From Acanthaster planci (Eukaryota), in assembly GCF_001949145.1 (NCBI RefSeq), contig NW_019091361.1, positions 1,391,588 through 1,428,740 on the forward strand: a DNA stretch of 37,153 nt, written 5' to 3'. Below, one piece after another: positions 1-12,866 of this stretch. Position 1 is the stretch's first letter; each line of letters begins with the position of its first letter. The position numbers were made by a program, and so were the translations under genes. The notes beneath the pieces were generated by a model. That model was not told the DNA's origin and did no database searches. It saw only the letters and a program-made list of their open reading frames with translations.

Positions 1-2355
1 CATTCTACCCCATGCAATGCGGCAATCATTCAACATGTTGGTCATCTCACTCACTGGGATGTCCATAGTCTTGCCCCAAGACTGGTTTTACTGTTTTTGG
101 CTGGTGCACTGTGCAGGCGAAATGGGCTGATAGGGTGTGCTTCAATCATATTGAAATTGGAGGATTTGGGACAGTTAGGATTAGAGGGTGCAATATTCTC
201 AAGAGACAACCTGCCAGAAAACAAGTTTTGTGGAATCTGGCAGGCTTATGCAAAAAATTCTGAGCATATACCTAACAAGCTTAAATTATCATGAATAATT
301 TTGCACATGCGCACTGCCGAAAACCGCAGTTGGCATTGTGCGCGGTCTTCCACAGAGCATACGTGCATTAGGCCAGTGCAGTATTCATGTACTTGTACTT
401 GTGCATATATAAGACACTGGTATCCTAGTTACTGTGTCAGTCACCGATGTGAATTGTTAAGCCGGAAATACCGGTATTTACAACTTAGACTTTTCTTGTG
501 GGGGGGGAGTACAAATGTTAACACTCAAGGGACTCTACCACTTTGTAAATCACTCCTATTCGGCATTAATTCTACATTTTGACCAATTTGGGTTAGTTCT
601 CCATGGTGAGACACTATGGTATCCTACCTGCATTATTTTCCATTAGAATACTGGTGATGTGATATTTATGTACATGTACAGTACACTGTTCTTTTTTTCC
701 ACTGTAAAGTTTGTGTACTGTATTTCAGCCTTAATTTGGCCTTTCTATGTATGTGCAGTAAACACCTAAATGAACAAGCAACAGAATTTGGTAAAAAGTC
801 ACTTCTTGGTTTTATAGATTTGATTTCTTAATTGGCGTCACGTGTTAGCCAGTCATATCAGTCCAATACCTACATGTAAGTCATACTGGTACCCGTTACA
901 TGGACTTGAACGGATCACCCTTTTAAATTCTTTATAAATTCCTCGGCCACAAATCCATTATTATTGTTCGGCTGCCATTCCGTGTATCACCGCGCATCTG
1001 ATGAATTATGGATGGTGCTTGCATAAGGCTGCAGGCACAATACAGACATCTTGATTCAAGACTAGGCGGCTGCGGCTACCGGCACTTATTTATTTAACTG
1101 CATGTAATTAAAATTGACCAGACTTAGGAGTATCCAATGAACTACGTACGGGCACCGGTGAGAGAATCATGTGTAAACACGGTCTTTCCACCAGGGCACA
1201 GAATGTTTAAATAAATTTATGCTTAAATACAGACAATTACATACATGTATCTCATGTGCAATCATCATGCATACATACCGGTACCTACCAGGGTAAATGT
1301 ATACCGGTATGTAGGTAACTGTGCTATACATGTACAGGCAGGTTTTAACGTCACATGAATGTTCCGGCCAACACGAGACGTACCGGTACCCCGGTACAGA
1401 CACTGAAATACTGACAGAGGAGCACAATTGGGTATGAAATCTACATGTACATGTACGTGTATCTTCATTAGGCACCTGCAATTTGTCTTTGGCTAAGAGG
1501 CCCCTCAACTAACAAGCATGATAAATGATAAGTGTGGCATTGCTGTGTGTACATGTACATGTGTGCGTGTTGAATGGCACCAAAGCTGAACTCTGTTGGC
1601 CTGTGGTTGAAACTGCAAAACTTAAAGCAAGCACTGCATGGTCTCTGCCCATGTCCCTTTGACATGTTTGACTGGTTTCCATTGGCGGATTAGTTTTTAT
1701 CCTGGAGGTCCTCGTTTTGTGCCATATGGGTAACTCCATGTTTTCTTTTATTACACTATCCTCACAAAGACTACTTATGTAAAATTTACAAAGGCATATA
1801 TTCTGAACCCGGATGTCCAACGGTGAAATCAAGAACAACGAAATCGGCAAATGTCTTTGAGAGCATACATGTACCTTCCGTTACCGGTGCACATGGGATA
1901 CACATGTACAATGTACCACACCCTTCGCAATACCATGGGCTTGACCAATGTAAAATGAAGTACACAATAAATTTTAGCAACTTTCTGCTGACAGTTACAT
2001 GTAGGTATAACTTTTTTACTCAAAGATTCCTGAATTTCCTTTATGTGAATCCCTGTAAGAAGATAGTGAAACGGATAGCATTTCATCAGTTCAAAAAAAA
2101 TCTCACCTTTTTTTTTATGAAGTATAAATTATGCATGTGGAAATTGTAAGAAGAAAACACTAAAAACCTGCGTAACTCCCTGGCTCCAGTCCACAAGTGT
2201 AGCCAGCATGATGATGCACAAAGTGGAGGTATTTGAATTGAAGTCACATGCAGAAAAAAACTAGCACATCAGGGAAACACCACTGGTCCGCTTTACTGCA
2301 ACTGGCATCTCAAAAAGTTGGCAAGTACAGTGTCAGAAAACAGACCAGACCAACT

Positions 2356-2620
2356 GGGGTGTCGAGTTGGCAAAATAGTTCTTTCCTCGCCTTTCACTTT
2401 TGCGACCCGGGTTCGATTTCCGGCTCAGTCCACATGTGGATTGGGGTTTCAGTCTGTACATGATTCCGTGGGTTTTACCTGGAAATTTCTTCTCTAGGTT
2501 TTCCTCCCACATCCCGGAACAGTAACTGCTTCTATTGTCTCCTCTCTATAGATATACATGTGTAGGTGGATGTGGGTCGTTTGATGGCTGCCAGAGGCGC
2601 CCTTGTTTGCCATTGGCTGG
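2356..2620 (+). mobile_element. tRNA-derived SINE with V-domain-like core (3' end approximate)
   Basis: A-box-like TTGGCAAAATAG; T-arm/B-box CCGGG-TTCGATT-TCCGG (2407-2423); then CGTGGGTTTT...GGTTTTCCTCCCACATCC, resembling the V-SINE core. Confidence 0.6.
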
Positions 2621-2714
2621 ACCACATTTAATGTCTTCACTTTACAGTGAATTTGAACACAATAGTACAGTGTATCTGTATGAAATTTGCACTTTATAAA
2701 TACCGGTATATGGA

Positions 2715-2732
2715 AATTATTATTATTATTAT
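2715..2732. repeat. (ATT)n microsatellite
   Basis: attattattattattatt. Confidence 0.8.
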
Positions 2733-3059
2733 TAATTACATCAGTACAGTTTTTCAAAATTAAAAATGTTCTGTGTAACATTGTAAGTGCAACATCAAAT
2801 CTAAGAACCTCCAACTAATATCAGGCTTCAACAAGGTGTATAAAAAGGTTTCTTGGGCATTATTTTCAGTTTACAGACAAGAACTGGACTGACATTCCTA
2901 TGCAGCACTTATTGGCTGAGGTACATGTATACCATTGGAACAAATTTAAAGATAAATTTCAGTAAGCACACAAACTATTCAAATAGTGAGAATCTTCTCT
3001 GCAAATAGTGCTCAACACTCAACACAAAATATCCCAAAGATCTTTTTTTAAAAACTTAC

Positions 3060-3320
3060 CTTATTTTCGTCCTTGCTGTTCCGAGTTGACGGCAAGCGCT
3101 CACAGTAACAACCCTCCAAGAAAATCCATCCCAAGGGTCGCTGGGCTGTGTCACTTTCAAAGTAGAAGAGAAGGTTCTGGTAGAGAGCAAAGAAGCGCTG
3201 CTTCCATTTCAAAGTGTCTGAGCTCTTCTTCTGGAGGTGGCCGGCGATCATGTGATCTGTCTTGGCCCTGGTAGCCAGGTGGAGGAGCTGGGTCTCTTCG
3301 TAGCGCACCGCCTTCTGCAT
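3060..3320 (-). CDS. RASGRF: RasGRF (Ras guanine-nucleotide releasing factor 1/2 homolog), first coding exon, N-terminal PH domain; gene continues beyond the left edge
   Basis: MQKAVRYEETQLLHLATRAKTDHMIAGHLQKKSSDTLKWKQRFFALYQNLLFYFESDTAQRPLGWIFLEGCYCER resembles the vertebrate RasGRF N-terminus as I recall it (MQKAIR...KWFALLQNLLFYFESDSSSRPSGLYLLEGC). 87 codons end at an AAG|GTAAGT donor (phase 0). Confidence 0.92.
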
Positions 3321-4334
3321 AGTGACTGGCTTGGTGTGCCAAAGTACTGGCAGTGGGGACAAGTACAGCAGGTTATGATTTAAGGTGAATGTTCCGATGC
3401 AAGGTTTACTTTTGATGATTTTTTTAAGAGGAAGGAGCGAGTTTTGGGCAACTGCAGGGATGAAGCCACCACTACTCCTTCCGCAGTGAGGTCAAGCGAG
3501 GGTAGCTACATGAGAAGTAGGCTTCTGTCACCGATTTTATCAGCGTCATCACCACAGCCCTGCATCCCCTGCCACGGTGCTACAATACTTGCGGCAATCA
3601 CTGCTCCATCCATGAACTCCCTAAGTGATGACCAAGGATACAAAATATGAGAACAAGCAAAATTAGCACGGGAGGGAACAGGTGAGGGAGGTAGCTAACA
3701 TCGGCTGCACCCAACTGTATGCAAACCTGCCCAGCAGCCTGCCATCAATAATGGTGATTTAGCAATGGACGGGGCAGGCACTTGTTTAGTTTGTCGTCAT
3801 TCATATAAGCCCCCTTGAAGCGTCAGGAAAAACACTTGCAGCAATGATAACAAAGTAGGGCTTGGCAATCAGCTTATGTCATGCTGGTTTGCTCAGGATC
3901 AGGCAACCATACTGTTACTAAACCATTCAACCGACATACATGTAAACATGCACGGATCTCTTGGTCTAAGCCAGGGACAATTAAGCAGCTACATGTAGCT
4001 TCCTCAGGGCAAGGCAAAACACAGAGTCTGCACAGAGAGACACAGCTGAATGCCCTCGACACAAGCACAATCAGCGATTATCCCCCCCAGTCCACTCCCT
4101 ATGTACGCACACTTTCCACATGGCAGGCAAGGCCGTGCCAGGCGCGTGGCCACAATGAATGGGCGCTATTGGTGCGTCGCGTGGATGGGTGGAGCCACAG
4201 TTATAAATCATTTGCCGATCAATGACTTGTACGTGGTGGACTTTGAATTAGATGTAAGTGGCATCAGTTCAACATGTGCAGTTATCTTGTATTAAGGTGA
4301 GAGAGCAACAGCGTACCGTACAAAGAAGTGTTTT

Positions 4335-4350
4335 TGTGTGTGTGTGTGTG
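4335..4350. repeat. (TG)n microsatellite
   Basis: tgtgtgtgtgtgtgtg. Confidence 0.8.
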
Positions 4351-5969
4351 GTAGCACACTCGTGAGTGAATTCATTGGTTCTGATGCTTTTGTCATGCCC
4401 AGCAGGATTATTTAGATTATGTTTGACAGGGACCAGTGGGTCGATTGGCACTGACAAGTTAATTTGGGCTGTAAAAAGGGCATGTTTCCAAGGCAACACA
4501 CGGTTATCATTTTTCTATATTTTGCATATTTCCAGGGTTGCAAAATGAATCACTCCTTGCATGGCAACTGTTGCCTGGCTCGTCTGAGCACGTTAGACAT
4601 CAAAAACTTGTCACTTTTGACTGCTCATGCTGGTATCACATGTACTGGTAAATGCGTGGGCCTCACAGGAAGGGGGAGGACAAAGGAGGTACTCCTTCCA
4701 CCCCCCCAAAAAAAAACTTTAAAAAAAAAAAGGAGAAAAGGAGGAAAATGAAAGAAATGAAGACAAAAACAGACACGGAAGGAAATGAAAATCGCCAATG
4801 TACTTTAAAAATCCAGAAATTTCCACCTTCCACTACCTAATATTAATAGTTTATGAGTTCATTGCCGATGGGTTTTTTTTTACCAGCGTCTCACCTCCTG
4901 GGGAATTTCCCCTCTCCCCTCAGAAAAAAAGTGCTTTGCTTCCCCCTTCCCTCTGGAAAAATCCTGGCTACAGCCATGACTACCTGTTCTTCTGTGCATT
5001 TTACTCTTTAGGTAATGGTGATAATATACCTGATGAGCACGTACGGGCATACTATGTGCTGGTACCTGAATGTACATTGTACATGTACATGTAGTGTTCT
5101 TCATCATTCAGGGGCAAGCAACAAAATCGGCAGCTACTCGTGCATGTAATTTGCACCTTCTTTCTTTGGCATAAATGGAAATAGCATTACTCTCAATAAA
5201 TCGCATTACTCAATGAAAATAAGCACATTGCTACTTTTTATCGGAATGTTGGGGCCTCTGAAGTTCTTTTAAATACCTCTGGATTCATTACAGGCTTTGA
5301 CTGTCATCTTGGTCTGTTTCTGTCTTACATGTACATGTAAGTATTAAAATACATATTTTTTTCAGCAGAAAAATACAGGTCCATCCATGTACATGTACCA
5401 ATATCCATAATGGTACAGGTGCTTGCAGGTGCCAACCTTACATTCCAAGCGTAATCTTGTGAGCAAAAGAGGTCCACATAATGCAGGCAATGCAAACCAA
5501 GTGCGGATTAAACCAGGTCCACACAAGGTTTAATATCTCCTTTGTGGAAAACAAGTTTAGAGCGATTTTGAGGTTAGGGTTACCATAGCAAAAAGAAGAG
5601 GAACAGTCAAGAAAGCAATTGACAAAAATCCAGCTTAAAAGAGCGTACAGAGTGTAACACAAATGAGTATTTTCACTGAGTTTTCTTTAATTTTACAAAA
5701 AAAGAAAGGATTGTCCACCCTGGGTACTTGAACATTTACAGTCCCTGAAGTAAACGCACATGTTCAAGGTACCGAACAGGTCTGTACATACACAACACTT
5801 TATGCAATGCACATGTGTACACATTGGTACTATGCAACAGCTGGTTTACAAAATACATGTACATGTACACCGTATTGCTGGTGACAACGGCAATTGAGCA
5901 ACACCTCAAAGTTTTTGACAGGTCTGTGCATGTACATGTAGGTCCTGAGCATCAGGAGGGGTAAGTCGT

Positions 5970-6100
5970 TCTGCCCCTACCAGGAAAAGAAATGAAAAAT
6001 GAAAAAAACAAATGGAAACAAAGCAAAAGAAATTAAGGAGAGATTAACAAGGATGACATTTGCTTTAAAAATCTCAAAACTGACTCCCTCCACTATTGAC
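5970..6100 (+). repeat. Dispersed repeat fragment; related copy at ~11748-11880
   Basis: Both loci share CCAGGAAAA..ATGAAAAAT..AAAGCAAAAGAAAT..ATTTGCTTT..CTCAAAACTGAC(T/C)CCCTC. Confidence 0.6.
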
Positions 6101-6120
6101 CCTATTTTTGTCAGGAGTTG

Positions 6121-6379
6121 GTACCCTCCTAAATCCTTCAAAATCCTCCAGCAATTCCTGTTGTTGTGTTGGGACACTGCAAATGGTATCCTGGAGCAGT
6201 ATGGATGATTTCATGTATATGAATTCATGACAGGCTGAGCACAAACAACACAGGGTCTAATCGCATAATGCTGACACAATGCATCCTTTGCAGTCAGCCA
6301 CACTTTTTGGCTATTCTTCCTCAATCCTCCAGAATCCTCCAAAACTACCACAAGGATTTTGAAGGACTGAGGAGGACAC
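6121..6379. mobile_element. MITE-like element with ~27-bp imperfect TIRs
   Basis: GTACCCTCCTAAATCCTTCAAAATCCT (6121-6147) vs the reverse complement of 6353-6379, GTGTCCTCCTCAGTCCTTCAAAATCCT. Confidence 0.55.
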
Positions 6380-8550
6380 GTGAACATGTACATATGTAGG
6401 ATAACGGTTTATCATTTTGTTGCTGATGAGTGTTTTGCACCCCCCCCAAATGCTCCCTCCTCCAAAAAAAAAAAATCCCAACTGGGAAAAAAGTGCTTGG
6501 CTTCCCCTACCCCACCCCCAAGAAAATAAAACTGGAAACACCCATGTCAAAGCCCTATGGAAAGATAATAATATAATGACAAAGCAAGCATTGAAAGAAT
6601 TCCATGAAGTCTTTCTGTCCAAAATGTATGCACCTGTGTACATAAATGTACGCCACACATGTATGGTATAAATTATAATATACAGGTATTTATATCTTTT
6701 CAAGGGTTAATGGCTCTGTGTAAAATTATTTGGGGGGTTTTGTGGACAACCGAACATTAAGCAAGACAAAAACTACAGAATAAGAAAACTGATGAAGCCG
6801 AAACATTTTTAAACAAATACAATTTAAAAAATAAAAAACTGAAACAATTTTTAACGATTCAGGGGCCAATGTAGCTTATTTATTTTCTATACTATTCTAA
6901 ACACATAGTGATTAATTTTTTGTTGAATAAGGGAAAGTTTTAATTATCCATTCCAGGGTGTTCTTTTTTGTTTTGGGGATAGTATTTTGCTGCTTTTTTT
7001 TTTTCTTATTGTGCATATAACCATGTCACACTTTTCAACAATGCTTGTGACTATTTTTGTCTGAATTTTTGCTAGGGATACTACTTTTTATCTTTCTTGG
7101 CGTTGCTTCAAATTTTACTGGGGCTGGGATTTTCAATTTTTACTCCACTTGTTCGTTTGAAATTTTTGTCTTTTATGCATTTGTTTTTTACTTATTAAAA
7201 AAAAAACACCTAAAAATTTAGCCAATGGCTACAGGTTCAATTTTTTAACAAACGACACAAACAAACCATAAAATTAGAACAAGATGTCCACAGGCATTAT
7301 TTTGTGGGCCAGCACTTACGGCCTTCTTTTCTCCTTTCCTTTTCTCAGAACTGAAGCCAAGCAAGCAACTCACCCTTGTCACTCTTGATTATGAACATTG
7401 CGAGGGTGATTGACAGCCCAGCTTTAATTCCATCCAACGCTCAAGACTTCTGTGAATTTTGCCAGTTGACTCAATTAAAAATCGGGTCACTGCGAACTGC
7501 ACCACTGACTTCACACTGAACAAGAGACCCTGATAATTACATGTACACTTCAGGAACTCCAACGAACACACCTTAAAGCTGTGCACGAACATCGCTAATT
7601 TGCAATAAGGATCAAATGGACACCTAAAAAACCCACAAAAATCAACCAAAAAAATGGAAATCAGAAAGGCAGTGGAGGGGGTCAACGTGACAGATGAGTC
7701 ATTATTCATCCTTTTTCTTTTTTACAAATAATGGACGCATTTCCTGCAAAAGTGTATGAATAAATAAAATGGTGCCTGGATACATGCTGAATAATAGATT
7801 TAACACATCCTGTTTTGGAGTTAACTATCCTGCTCCCAGAGCAAAATAAAGTCCACGTTTACACATTGTGGCAATTTGGGATTAAATTTCTACGAATTCA
7901 TTAACTTGCTTGCCATAGAAATGAGTCCAGCCTACCATAATGCCCTGGATTAAAACCTCTTAGTGGGAAAATGCAGTTTAAAAATAGACAGCCTCTTATT
8001 TCAACTGATGCTGTTGTCCACTTCCAAAATTAGTATATATTAACCATTTTTTTCTGACTTTGTTATGTACATGTAGAGTAGATAAATAGGGAAAGACAAC
8101 CCAACTGAGAATACCGTACGCAACAGAAACAAGACACTAGAAGCAGAGCACAAACGGTAAACAAACAAATCTCAACAGGGCATGCAACCAGTATCTTAGT
8201 TTATTTGGTTTATGGGCTAAACAAATTTAAAATGAATTTAGTAAAGCGTAAAATTTCTCTGACTTAAATTCAAATCCTCTGATCTAAATACAATTTGCAT
8301 ACAGAGCTAGGGTTATTTAACGGTTCTTTGTTTTTATGGGAACAAGTAGAAGTACATGTAGGACTCATTTATTGTTTTCTTGAGGCTGAATTTAACCAAG
8401 AAAGGTAGGTTGACTGAGCGCTAGGCAACAGGACATGCAAGGGATGCATGCAGTACAGTTGGACTCTTTTTCCGCAGGAATCCCTATACTCTCCTAAGGT
8501 GCGTGTAAAATCACATTGAAATTGGAAGATTCAGGACTGTTAGGGGTAAT

Positions 8551-8720
8551 GAGTGGCGTAACTATAGGGCTAAATGTCTGGGGGGGGGGGCCTAGGGGTG
8601 GACACATTTTTTCCAGGGGGTAAGCTGAAGACTCTGCATTTCAATGGAGATGATTCGTAGATTTCAAATGGGGGCGGGGGCTACCGGGGGGCGGCGTCCT
8701 CCCTCCCAGTTACGCCACTG
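8551..8720. mobile_element. hAT-type MITE (170 bp)
   Basis: TIRs (G)AGTGGCGTAACT ... AGTTACGCCACTG; degenerate 8-bp TSD GGGGTAAT / GTGGCAAT (6/8). Confidence 0.7.
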
Positions 8721-9110
8721 GTGGCAATGTTCATTCCAGAGCAGAAACATACAGTGTACATGTAGGGCTACTACACATAACACGGCACATGTATAATACT
8801 CCTTCAAGTTTCTATTGCCGTATTTCAAGCATTTACATACATGTTAACAATTTACTCTGACAACTACCGCACACGCCATATAAACCTACCAGTATATACT
8901 GTGGTACTGGCTAGAAGTGGACTTGGACTGCATGGTTTTCAATGTGTTCCATACTAGGGCTGTGCCAATTATCCGAATATTTGATCAATTATTGAATATT
9001 TGAAATTATGTTTTGACTTTGAATATATTTGAATGCAATTCAGGAAACGGATTTTCTTTTGTTTTAAATATGGAGGCTTGTTTCAAGCAGATTCAAATTC
9101 AAAATTCTTA

Positions 9111-11277
9111 GGGCAGTTCCACGGAAACATCAACCTCTGGGCCAAAATTTCAAACTGGTCCAAATATGACAAATTATATATCATTTTGAAGCTTATGGTG
9201 TATACTTTCATGAAACATACTTTATGTCTACCAACATTCAAGAATTTGGCTTTTATATGATACTGAAAAATTGGTTTTAAATACCGAGAAATTGGGGAAA
9301 ATATTTCCCCTCTGGACGATTTTCTGTTTTTTAGCCTGATAATAATTTTTCTCCAGTTTTGTTACAGTTTGAAGAGTGCCCCAATAAGTAAACAATGACA
9401 GAAATGAATTTTCATTTTCCTTTGGAAATTCTATGTAATGTCTTATTTTATAACACACTTTTCTTATGTACGTCCGACACCAAAATGACGTAGTTTTTTA
9501 TCCCCTCGGTGCACCCTTCAGCAAAAGACTGCCAAATTTACATTAACTCCCCCCGATTATTTTTTCAAATACTCAAAAATTGTGGAATCAGATGTGTACG
9601 TCCGACACCCTGTATGTCCGACACTATCAGAACCATGCATTGCTGGCAATGTAATGCTTTTACACTGTACAGAAACCACTACCACCTCATTTGCATACAT
9701 GGAAATGAGGCCCCAACCTTTTGTAACAATACCAAATAGGCTTCACTTTTGTTTTTTTACTAATTTGCATAAATTTGGCTATTTGGACATACACATCCTA
9801 ATGAGGTTATAATTAGGACCCAAAGCCAATTCACATGTGTCATGTGTGGACAAAAAGGTGCTTTGCATGTATTCCGAAGTAAGTCATGTCAGTGTGAGCT
9901 TTGATGAAGACAAGTAAAGTTCTAGGTGTTGTATACATGTACATGTAATCCACATCAAGAAAGAAGAATTGTCACAGACTAAACAAAGGTGTGTGTTTTT
10001 TTATACCCTTGTTCAAGGTACATGTAAAATCAATTGGTTTAACTTTGTGTTGCTTGANNNNNNNNNNNNNNNNNNNNNNNNNNNNNNNNNNNNNNNNNNN
10101 NNNNNNNNNNNNNNNNNNNNNNNNNNNNNNNNNNNNNNNNNNNNNNNNNNNNNNNNNNNNNNNNNNNNNNNNNNNNNNNNNNNNNNNNNNNNNNNNNNNN
10201 NNNNNNNNNNNNNNNNNNNNNNNNNNNNNNNNNNNNNNNNNNNNNNNNNNNNNNNNNNNNNNNNNNNNNNNNNNNNNNNNNNNNNNNNNNNNNNNNNNNN
10301 NNNNNNNNNNNNNNNNNNNNNNNNNNNNNNNNNNNNNNNNNNNNNNNNNNNNNNNNNNNNNNNNNNNNNNNNNNNNNNNNNNNNNNNNNNNNNNNNNNNN
10401 NNNNNNNNNNNNNNNNNNNNNNNNNNNNNNNNNNNNNNNNNNNNNNNNNNNNNNNNNNNNNNNNNNNNNNNNNNNNNNNNNNNNNNNNNNNNNNNNNNNN
10501 NNNNNNNNNNNNNNNNNNNNNNNNNNNNNNNNNNNNNNNNNNNNNNNNNNNNNNNNNNNNNNNNNNNNNNNNNNNNNNNNNNNNNNNNNNNNNNNNNNNN
10601 NNNNNNNNNNNNNNNNNNNNNNNNNNNNNNNNNNNNNNNNNNNNNNNNNNNNNNNNNNNNNNNNNNNNNNNNNNNNNNNNNNNNNNNNNNNNNNNACTGT
10701 TTCATTGAATGCCCCATCATCCAATTCCTGTCTAGTTGCTTTTGATGATTTTTGTATGGCTGGGTATTTTTTTTTGGTTTGGAAAGTTTACTAAAGCCTT
10801 CATGAAGGAAGAAAAATGAGACAAGCTTGGGTTTGAACTGATTACTTTCTATTCTGTAAAGTCAGTTTGGACGTGTACGTCTGACACCAAAAAATGTACG
10901 TCCGACACCAATAAAATAAATGCTTTATCTGAAAGTCACAACAAGATAAAATGTGTCTTGCCTTGAAGTTTATTAACAAGGGTCTGCTAAAACTAAACAC
11001 AGGAAAACTACTTCTTCAGGTCCTAGCATTTCACAGAGTTTGTGATACAAAAATGGAAACTAAAAAAATTAGCTTTCTCTGAGTACGTCTGACACCATGG
11101 TGTTATGAGTCAGTTTCTATAAGGATAATAATTCTGAGTGAGAAATTTTGTTATAAATGAATGTACCAACTAGCTGATGTCTTTAATCAAAATCAAAATC
11201 TGCTTCAAGATTATAAGTCTAATAACACACACTGTTGCAGTGTCCAAAATGTACGTCCGACACCGTGGAACTGCCCC
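9111..11277. mobile_element. PIF/Harbinger-like DNA element nested in the hAT element (spans the assembly gap)
   Basis: TIR GGGCAGTTCCACGG ... CCGTGGAACTGCCCC, flanked by TTA on both sides; seven copies of a TGTACGTCCGACACC-type motif inside. Confidence 0.72.
10058..10695. other. Assembly gap (N run)
   Basis: Continuous run of N bases. Confidence 1.
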
Positions 11278-11747
11278 TTACAACATTTAAAAAAGGAAAG
11301 AATGAATTAAAAAAATTAAAAAAGAATAGAACTTTTCAACAGCGCAAGAAATATTGTTTTTCTCTTAAATCTCGCTAAATCATGGCTGAATATATATATA
11401 CTCCCAGACGTACATGTACGTGAGAAGCTATTCAAGTGATTATGTACATTATTGTAACTGATAATAGTTTTTTCATCAACAATCTGCCGGTCGGTACTTC
11501 AGAAATATTCAGAAATTCGATCAAATTGAAAGTCGAATATTCGAATAGTGATTATTCGAATCGACTCAGCCCTATTCCATAACATGAAATTTACAATATT
11601 TACATGAACATTGTACCAAGCATATTCATACAAACAGAGTTCATGCTGTCAGTCACCAGATGGCAAATATTTACAAACTTTGGCTAAATATTCCTGAGCA
11701 TACATACATTGTGAGGAGTGCAAAGAAGGTGCTTGTAAACCACCTCC

Positions 11748-11990
11748 CTGCCCTTTGGGACCAGGAAAAATATGAAAAATAAAAAAACAAGAGAGAGAAA
11801 AGCAAAAGAAATAAAAAACATGGCAAAAGGGGGACTAATTTGCTTTCACGAAAACCTCAAAACTGACCCCCTCGTACTGTTAGTTCATCAGTTCATAGCC
11901 AACGAGCGCTTCGTTCCTTCTTCCGGAAATGCGCCCTCAATAAAAAGTGGTTTGCCCCCGCCCCCCCAAAAAAAACAATCCTGGTGCTAC
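11748..11990 (+). repeat. Dispersed repeat/MITE remnant related to 5970-6100
   Basis: Shares sequence blocks with 5970-6100; C-rich tail GCCCCGCCCCCCAAAAAAAACAATCCTGG. Confidence 0.5.
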
Positions 11991-12676
11991 TCTACCCACG
12001 GAGGAATGTACATGTACTAGTATGAATTGACTTGGAACATTGTGGATTTTGTGCAACCTCTAGCTTCTGTGAAATCTATGAATGTTGAAGTACATACAAA
12101 TATGGATCTCCTTTAACCCTAACAGTAACGGGCGTTGTTGGGCTTAGAGAACTCAGTACTACAAAATATTACGTAACACTCTGAGCCTGAAGGACCTCGG
12201 ACTACAACTTACTCATTCTGGCTAGGTTACTTCCATTGTTACTCGTACAGAGAACAATGAAACCATGCATTCATAGTGCCACAGCACTGTATGGTACATT
12301 GTCTTCTCTATTGTATTTTATGGCTTCAGAGAATAATAGTGTCATGTCCTCTTACGAGCGACAGGGCTGAGTACCACATTTTACTACTAAGTAGTACTTT
12401 GTAGCATTCGGGACTGTTAGGGTTAATGGTACAAATGCAGTGTACATTGTACCATGGAGTCCCCATATTCAGTGATATTTGGTACACTTTGACTCGGTTG
12501 CAAATTTTCATTGAACAGTGTGGTGAAATGTCTTTGTCACGTTTCTTCCAACTCATGTATTTAAATTTTCGGTCTACGTAATGTGCATCAATATTATAGG
12601 CAGTAAAAATCAAGCAAAAATGTACATGTACACGTGTGTACCTACATACGTAAGTATCCTATAATTCAGTTGGAAG

Positions 12677-12866
12677 CTGCGGCAACAAATTGATTTTCAA
12701 AGTTGATGGGCCAGGTGTGAGACCATCAGGTATCATAAGCCATTAATAGGTTGGTCCATTAAGCCTGACCCCATTATAGGACCTGCAAAAGGTGGGGGGA
12801 GGGGGCAAGTCCCCAGTCAAACAAGTGGGGCCGAGGCCACAGCCCCTCCCCCTTCTGCCGCCAGTG
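12677..12866. mobile_element. Degenerate hAT-type MITE
   Basis: Right end TCTGCCGCCAGTG, left end CTGCGGCAAC, flanked by a GTTGGAAG / GTTGGAAA (7/8) duplication. Confidence 0.45.

Larger units (their letters stand above)
8955..11574. mobile_element. Non-autonomous hAT-like element hosting a nested insertion
   Basis: Termini TAGGGCTG ... CAGCCCTA, subterminal (C/T)GAATATT repeats at both ends, 8-bp TSD TTCCATAC (8947-8954) / TTCCATAA (11575-11582). Confidence 0.8.

Noticed and set aside
1..210. Minus-strand exon-like segment after ttttctggcag| as RasGRF exon 2
   Set aside because: A phase-0 splice gives a stop at codon 4 and no frame resembles the RasGRF PH/IQ continuation. It could still be UTR of an alternative isoform.
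2356..2430. Functional tRNA gene
   Set aside because: Only the T-arm pairs well; the D-arm and acceptor stem do not, and it continues into a SINE-like body.
5030..5070. CTGATGAGCAC...GTGCT hammerhead-like stem
   Set aside because: Lacks the GAAA box after stem II.
6789..6804. CTGATGA...GAAAC hammerhead ribozyme core
   Set aside because: Only 4 nt separate the boxes, so no stem II can form, and I saw no convincing stems I/III.
97..8000. Many 60-130 aa ORFs in the RasGRF introns
   Set aside because: Low-complexity translations driven by TACATG repeats and homopolymers, with no family motifs or supporting splice structure.
9969..10794. Four long ORFs in the ORF track
   Set aside because: Artefacts of translating the N gap.
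9467..11264. CRISPR-like array of 15-bp direct repeats
   Set aside because: Repeats are too short, spacing is very irregular, no cas genes are present, the context is eukaryotic, and the repeats sit inside a TIR element.
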